Shown here piece after piece: positions 60,010 to 64,000 of a stretch of 64,000 bases of DNA. Origin of the DNA: Cyanobacteria bacterium P01_D01_bin.156 (lineage in GTDB: Bacteria; Cyanobacteriota; Cyanobacteriia; Phormidesmidales; Phormidesmidaceae). The stretch covers positions 41,216 to 105,215 of the forward strand of contig JBCCQQ010000013.1 of NCBI GenBank assembly GCA_039024555.1. Reading direction: 5' to 3'. Position 1 is the first letter of the stretch. Each line of letters starts with the position of its first letter. The notes below the pieces were generated by a model. That model made no database searches and was not told where the DNA came from. It was given only the letters and a program-made list of their open reading frames with translations. A program made the translations under genes and the position numbers.

Positions 60010-61239
60010 TTAAGACTTAAAATTTTCTAGAACTTTCTCATACAAACTAATATATCTTTGAGCCTGAAGCTCAATAGAATATTCTTCTATGGCAATGCGA
60101 CGACAATTTTGAGATAGTTGGTCTCTCAATGTGGAATCTTCTAGTAATTCAGTTAATTTTACTGATAAATCAACTGGATTCTCAGGCTTTGCTAAAAGGC
60201 CAGTAATGCCATGTCTTACTAACTCTGGCACACCGCCGACAGCAAAGGAAACCATTGGTGTTCCACAAGCCATGCTTTCTTGCAAGACTATGGGGAGGTT
60301 ATCAGCGCGTGTTGGAGCTACAAAAAGATTAGCGGCTGAATATGCTAACGCCTTTAAGCGATCACTACCAACATAGCCAAGGGCCATAATTGGAATATCA
60401 ATAGATTCTGTTAAAGCTTCGCTGTCTGTACCCATCGTCATTAGTATCGAATCTTTTTTTAGAGGCTCGGGCAATTTTTGGAGAGCTTTTAATAGTAAAT
60501 CACCACCTTTGCGAAGGTCCTTTAAACTTTGAGCAGTGAAGAATATTACTTTTTTATTATTGGGTAGCCCTAGAGCTGAACGACACATTTCTTGACTAAG
60601 TGGCCTGTAGATTGTGATATCAAGACCGTTGGGTATATGGTGAATGGGGAAATGGTTGAGGATACTTTGACCTACTAACCCAGTGAGCCATTTACTAGGT
60701 GTAACTATATTGAGATTTGAATGGTTGTAAACCCAACGTTTTAGTTTCCATTCTAAAGATGTGCTGTCACGTGAAATGGAAGGATATGTATCTGGATAGG
60801 GACATTTGCCACAGCCAGTTTGCCAGCGATCGCAATTAAAACTATAGGCACAATGCCCCGTAAAGCTCCACATGTCATGTAGCGTTAGGACAGTCGGTTT
60901 TTTGTGAGAAAGATTAGCAATTCCTAAATAATTGAAATATCCTCCATGTAAGTTATGGAGATTAATAATATTAGCGTCTTGAAAACATCTATCTTTAGGT
61001 AGAGAGAAAGTATTTTTGATGTCAAGGTAATTTAGACCTAGCTTTGAAAAAAGTCGAGAGCTCAATCCTTCCCAGAGACGTTTTCTTTTAATGGAATAAA
61101 TTCTATTACTAGATAATTTAGTAATATCGGCAAGAATAAAGGAATTAAAGTTTTTGGTTAACAAACTCTTATGTAGCCTATAGGCAGATATTGCCGCGCC
61201 TCCAACAATATCAGACTGATTAATGTGAAGGATTCTCAC
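60010..61239 (-). CDS. Glycosyltransferase family 4
   Basis: GGAA..AYRLH, TLHDMWSFTGHC, DNLP...ESMACGTP. Confidence 0.9.
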   Translation of the reverse strand: MRILHINQSDIVGGAAISAYRLHKSLLTKNFNSFILADITKLSSNRIYSIKRKRLWEGLSSRLFSKLGLNYLDIKNTFSLPKDRCFQDANIINLHNLHGGYFNYLGIANLSHKKPTVLTLHDMWSFTGHCAYSFNCDRWQTGCGKCPYPDTYPSISRDSTSLEWKLKRWVYNHSNLNIVTPSKWLTGLVGQSILNHFPIHHIPNGLDITIYRPLSQEMCRSALGLPNNKKVIFFTAQSLKDLRKGGDLLLKALQKLPEPLKKDSILMTMGTDSEALTESIDIPIMALGYVGSDRLKALAYSAANLFVAPTRADNLPIVLQESMACGTPMVSFAVGGVPELVRHGITGLLAKPENPVDLSVKLTELLEDSTLRDQLSQNCRRIAIEEYSIELQAQRYISLYEKVLENFKS

Positions 61240-61283
61240 TGCTAGAAATGATTAAATTATAGTTTTTGATATAGCTCTATCAG

Positions 61284-62141
61284 TCAGGAAAATTCGAGTG
61301 CTTTCTTGAGCTTTCCAATACAGCGTGGAATGAAATTATATTTAAATTCATTAATTGGAAATATCATTTTAGACTGACGTTCTTGCTTTCGAATAAGTGC
61401 CCAATCAATTTCTTGAAGTTGTTTCTTTTGATAGATTTTTATATATCCATTTTGAATACTTTCAATTTGGATAAGGCCTAATAGCTTTGTGAAAGTATTA
61501 AATGTATATCGGAGGTGAAACGTGCAAGGTAGATGACACTTTATTGAGGGAAAAAAATGATTTGCTATAACTAAATAGCCTTCAGCTTTGACAAAGCTAA
61601 TCATTTCAGTTAATAGCAATATTGGATCAGAAACATGTTCTAAAACATCGGTGCATATTAGGCAGTCATATTTTGAATTTACTTTATCAATAAAATTTAT
61701 ATTGTTAAATAACTCAGATTTATTCAAAGCATACTGACTTGGAAATGGCTCATAGATATCTATAGATAAATTAGGTAAAGCTCTGGATATCATCCGATCT
61801 AATGTTCCAGTTCCGCCTCCAAAGTCTATTAATTTATTAATCTTTAGATGATTAATCATCCAATCGACAATTGCTTGCCTGTTTTCTAAGGAAAGCTCAT
61901 GGTTTTCTATAAAAAGACCATTTAGTAGCCAGATGGGATGTTGATAATACTTTTCGATTTTTTTTTGGTCTATATTTCTATTGTCGCATTTTAATTCATC
62001 CCAAACTATATCCATAAGGCGCCAAAGCTCATGAAGATCAATCTTGTGGTGCGGTGTCAATTTAAATAATCTTTGTAGCTCAACTATTTCTAGGTCTGAT
62101 AAATAAGATAAATCTTCTGAGGATAAAGATTCTAGATTCAT
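61284..62141 (-). CDS. SAM-dependent methyltransferase
   Basis: IDFGGGTG, DVLEHVSDP. Confidence 0.8.
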   Translation of the reverse strand: MNLESLSSEDLSYLSDLEIVELQRLFKLTPHHKIDLHELWRLMDIVWDELKCDNRNIDQKKIEKYYQHPIWLLNGLFIENHELSLENRQAIVDWMINHLKINKLIDFGGGTGTLDRMISRALPNLSIDIYEPFPSQYALNKSELFNNINFIDKVNSKYDCLICTDVLEHVSDPILLLTEMISFVKAEGYLVIANHFFPSIKCHLPCTFHLRYTFNTFTKLLGLIQIESIQNGYIKIYQKKQLQEIDWALIRKQERQSKMIFPINEFKYNFIPRCIGKLKKALEFS

Positions 62142-62160
62142 TTTTATCTTGCTGGAAGAA

Positions 62161-62841
62161 CTAAGGGTTTTGTAATAGGATTATTGAGTCTCGTCCTAAT
62201 AAATCTAAATCATTGTTGATTACTTGCCAGCCTGCATTTTCAGCAGCAACTTTCATCGCATTTTTATTATTTCTGGGCCACCATATTTCCTCGTCAGGCT
62301 TATTCTTAAAATCTGTAGGAATTGCTCCCTTTTGCCAACCGTAGTTATCTAGTTTCTCCCAATCCGAATATTGGTGTACGGCATAGGCACCTGACTTCAT
62401 TTTTGGCCTGGAATTAGTTAGAATCTCTTCGATATCGGATAGGTTATTATGACAAAGAACGCCCATTGACCAAAAAAAATCAAAACTCTTATCCTCTAGC
62501 ATTGGATAAGAGTTATTGGTGATTTTGTGGCAGGTTAAACGTCCGGAATATCTATCTGGTTTAAGCCAAATACTTACATTTTGAAAATCTAATGTATGTA
62601 GGGTTCCTTTTGGTAATCTAGTTAAAATTGCTCGTGACCAAGAGCCTTTACCGGGGCCGAGCTCTAAAACGTTTGAGTCAGACTGGATATAAGGTAATAT
62701 TGCTTTCTTAAATACCTGTTTGTACGAACCACCAATCCTTTCCTCTTCTTTGCGACGCTGAGAGTTAGGGAAAAAACTTAGAATGTTACCACTATCATAC
62801 CCATAGTTGAATTCTTTTTTTAGCCATTCAATTGTTGGCAA
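62161..62841 (-). CDS. Class I SAM-dependent methyltransferase
   Basis: VLELGPGKGSWS, FDFFWSMGVLCH. Confidence 0.8.
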   Translation of the reverse strand: MPTIEWLKKEFNYGYDSGNILSFFPNSQRRKEEERIGGSYKQVFKKAILPYIQSDSNVLELGPGKGSWSRAILTRLPKGTLHTLDFQNVSIWLKPDRYSGRLTCHKITNNSYPMLEDKSFDFFWSMGVLCHNNLSDIEEILTNSRPKMKSGAYAVHQYSDWEKLDNYGWQKGAIPTDFKNKPDEEIWWPRNNKNAMKVAAENAGWQVINNDLDLLGRDSIILLQNP

Positions 62842-62881
62842 TGTAATTCTCCTTTGTGCACTTAATTTTCAAAAATAAAGT

Positions 62882-63814
62882 TCAAGACCAATGCTTTAAT
62901 GGTTTTTTTAGGATTTTCAAAAGTCTCTCTTTAAATCTATTTCTATCTTTCGAATCTCCAAAAACATGTTCAAACGTGTATTCATCTGCTTTGTGGTCTC
63001 GAATAATAAAGGAAGGATGTTTTAGCGGTAAAAGAATAGATTTTGTTGCTAAATTGGCTACTGGATTACTACTGTTATGCGTATGTGTACTATTTTTCCC
63101 AAATCCGATATTTGAAACAAGATTAGTCTTTGGTAAAATAGTCATCGCATTATTTTTCCAACAAGAATATGCCCATCGGTAGGCCCAGCTATCGGGTTGT
63201 CCATTTTTTTCTAAATTATCGAAAATATTTTCCCAATATTTCAATTCTGTTGGATTTTGGAATATGGATTTCAAACATTCAAGATCCTTAAAGTCTGACC
63301 ATGTATGTAAATCATCATCATAGTTTTGCCAAGCCCTTTTCCAAGTAGCCCAACCCCAACAATGGGGATAATAGGAAAAGTAGTAACTACCATTTCCTCT
63401 CTGACGACCACGCTGGAAATTATCACCACTAATCATCCAGATTCTTGTGTCGGAGCGATAATATTCCAAAAGTGTTTGGCAAAAATTGAAAAATGATGCA
63501 TTCGGAAGACAATCATCCTCTAATATAATCGCTTCATTGACATGGGAAAACACCCAATTCAAACCACTAGAAATTCGCCTTCGACAACCAAGATTAGTCT
63601 CTGAAAAATTAATCTTTAAATCACATTTCCAAGTAATAAGATCCAGTGTTCGTTGCCTAGTTTGTTGGCAATCATTTTTTTCATCGATTGTTTTAGGTCC
63701 ATCTGCAATGATAAATAGCTGCTTAGGTTGTACGGCAGCTATTTCCCTAAAGACAACTTCTGCCAATTCTAAACGCTTATAGATAAAAAAAACTGTGGGC
63801 GTTTCAAGGGGCAT
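62882..63814 (-). CDS. Nucleotide-diphospho-sugar transferase (GT-A fold)
   Basis: IIADGP, NLGC, AIILEDDC, WGWATW, NLVSNIGF. Confidence 0.85.
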   Translation of the reverse strand: MPLETPTVFFIYKRLELAEVVFREIAAVQPKQLFIIADGPKTIDEKNDCQQTRQRTLDLITWKCDLKINFSETNLGCRRRISSGLNWVFSHVNEAIILEDDCLPNASFFNFCQTLLEYYRSDTRIWMISGDNFQRGRQRGNGSYYFSYYPHCWGWATWKRAWQNYDDDLHTWSDFKDLECLKSIFQNPTELKYWENIFDNLEKNGQPDSWAYRWAYSCWKNNAMTILPKTNLVSNIGFGKNSTHTHNSSNPVANLATKSILLPLKHPSFIIRDHKADEYTFEHVFGDSKDRNRFKERLLKILKKPLKHWS

Positions 63815-64000
63815 TCCTATACAATTTCTTCCATTTAAACTACAAATAATAGATTTTTGATATTTTCATATAATCCCATTAAATTTAGAATTAAGTTGTT
63901 AGATTCATATTCATTATTTTTTATTTTTAAGATTAGTGAAAATAAAAAATATAAGATTTTTGGTGATTATGGATAGGTTAAATACCTATCTTAGTGATTG

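Larger units (their letters stand above)
350..60833. repeat. Dispersed HIP1 octamers GCGATCGC
   Basis: Seen at 350, 2231, 10671, 16280, 18008, 19236, 19562, 24659, 29618, 37102, 38207, 41996, 43970, 44877, 48469, 51092, 54063 and 60826; roughly one expected by chance. Confidence 0.95.

Noticed and set aside
63815..64000. 3' end of an upstream gene at the window edge
   Set aside because: All three minus-strand frames hit stops within the first ~25 nt from the edge; nothing can be assigned.

Overview
This is a cyanobacterial chromosome segment: I counted at least 18 HIP1 GCGATCGC octamers. The hmp/hmpF motility locus suggests a filamentous, gliding lineage (inference). In order, the window holds: (1) a FIST sensor plus two histidine kinases (32-4145); (2) an accessory island (~4160-12075) built around an HTH-NACHT-NCH2 STAND NTPase, with a divergent stand-alone NfeD / hypothetical / pentapeptide cluster, an atypical cation:proton antiporter-like gene and two small ORFs; (3) a decaying xisH/xisI + Uma2 cassette among REP-like palindromes; (4) housekeeping genes (SDR, ComFB-family, argH, PP2C, Man-1-P guanylyltransferase/mutase, ssb, lipB, hpf); (5) the chemosensory cluster hmpF/hmpA-E, glcD and pilA; (6) a convergent, increasingly AT-rich glycan locus with two tandem O-antigen-ligase/OTase-like genes beside pilA. 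The best candidate for an undescribed system is the NACHT island. Four of its intergenic regions share phased 10-bp (C/G)GGTAWTTTW direct repeats. The NACHT gene is preceded by ~200 nt of long G-U-rich hairpins, carries an N-terminal HTH-like domain, and has Tyr where the ADP-locking His normally sits. All calls come from motif recognition by eye; no searches were run. No rRNA, tRNA or CRISPR array was seen.
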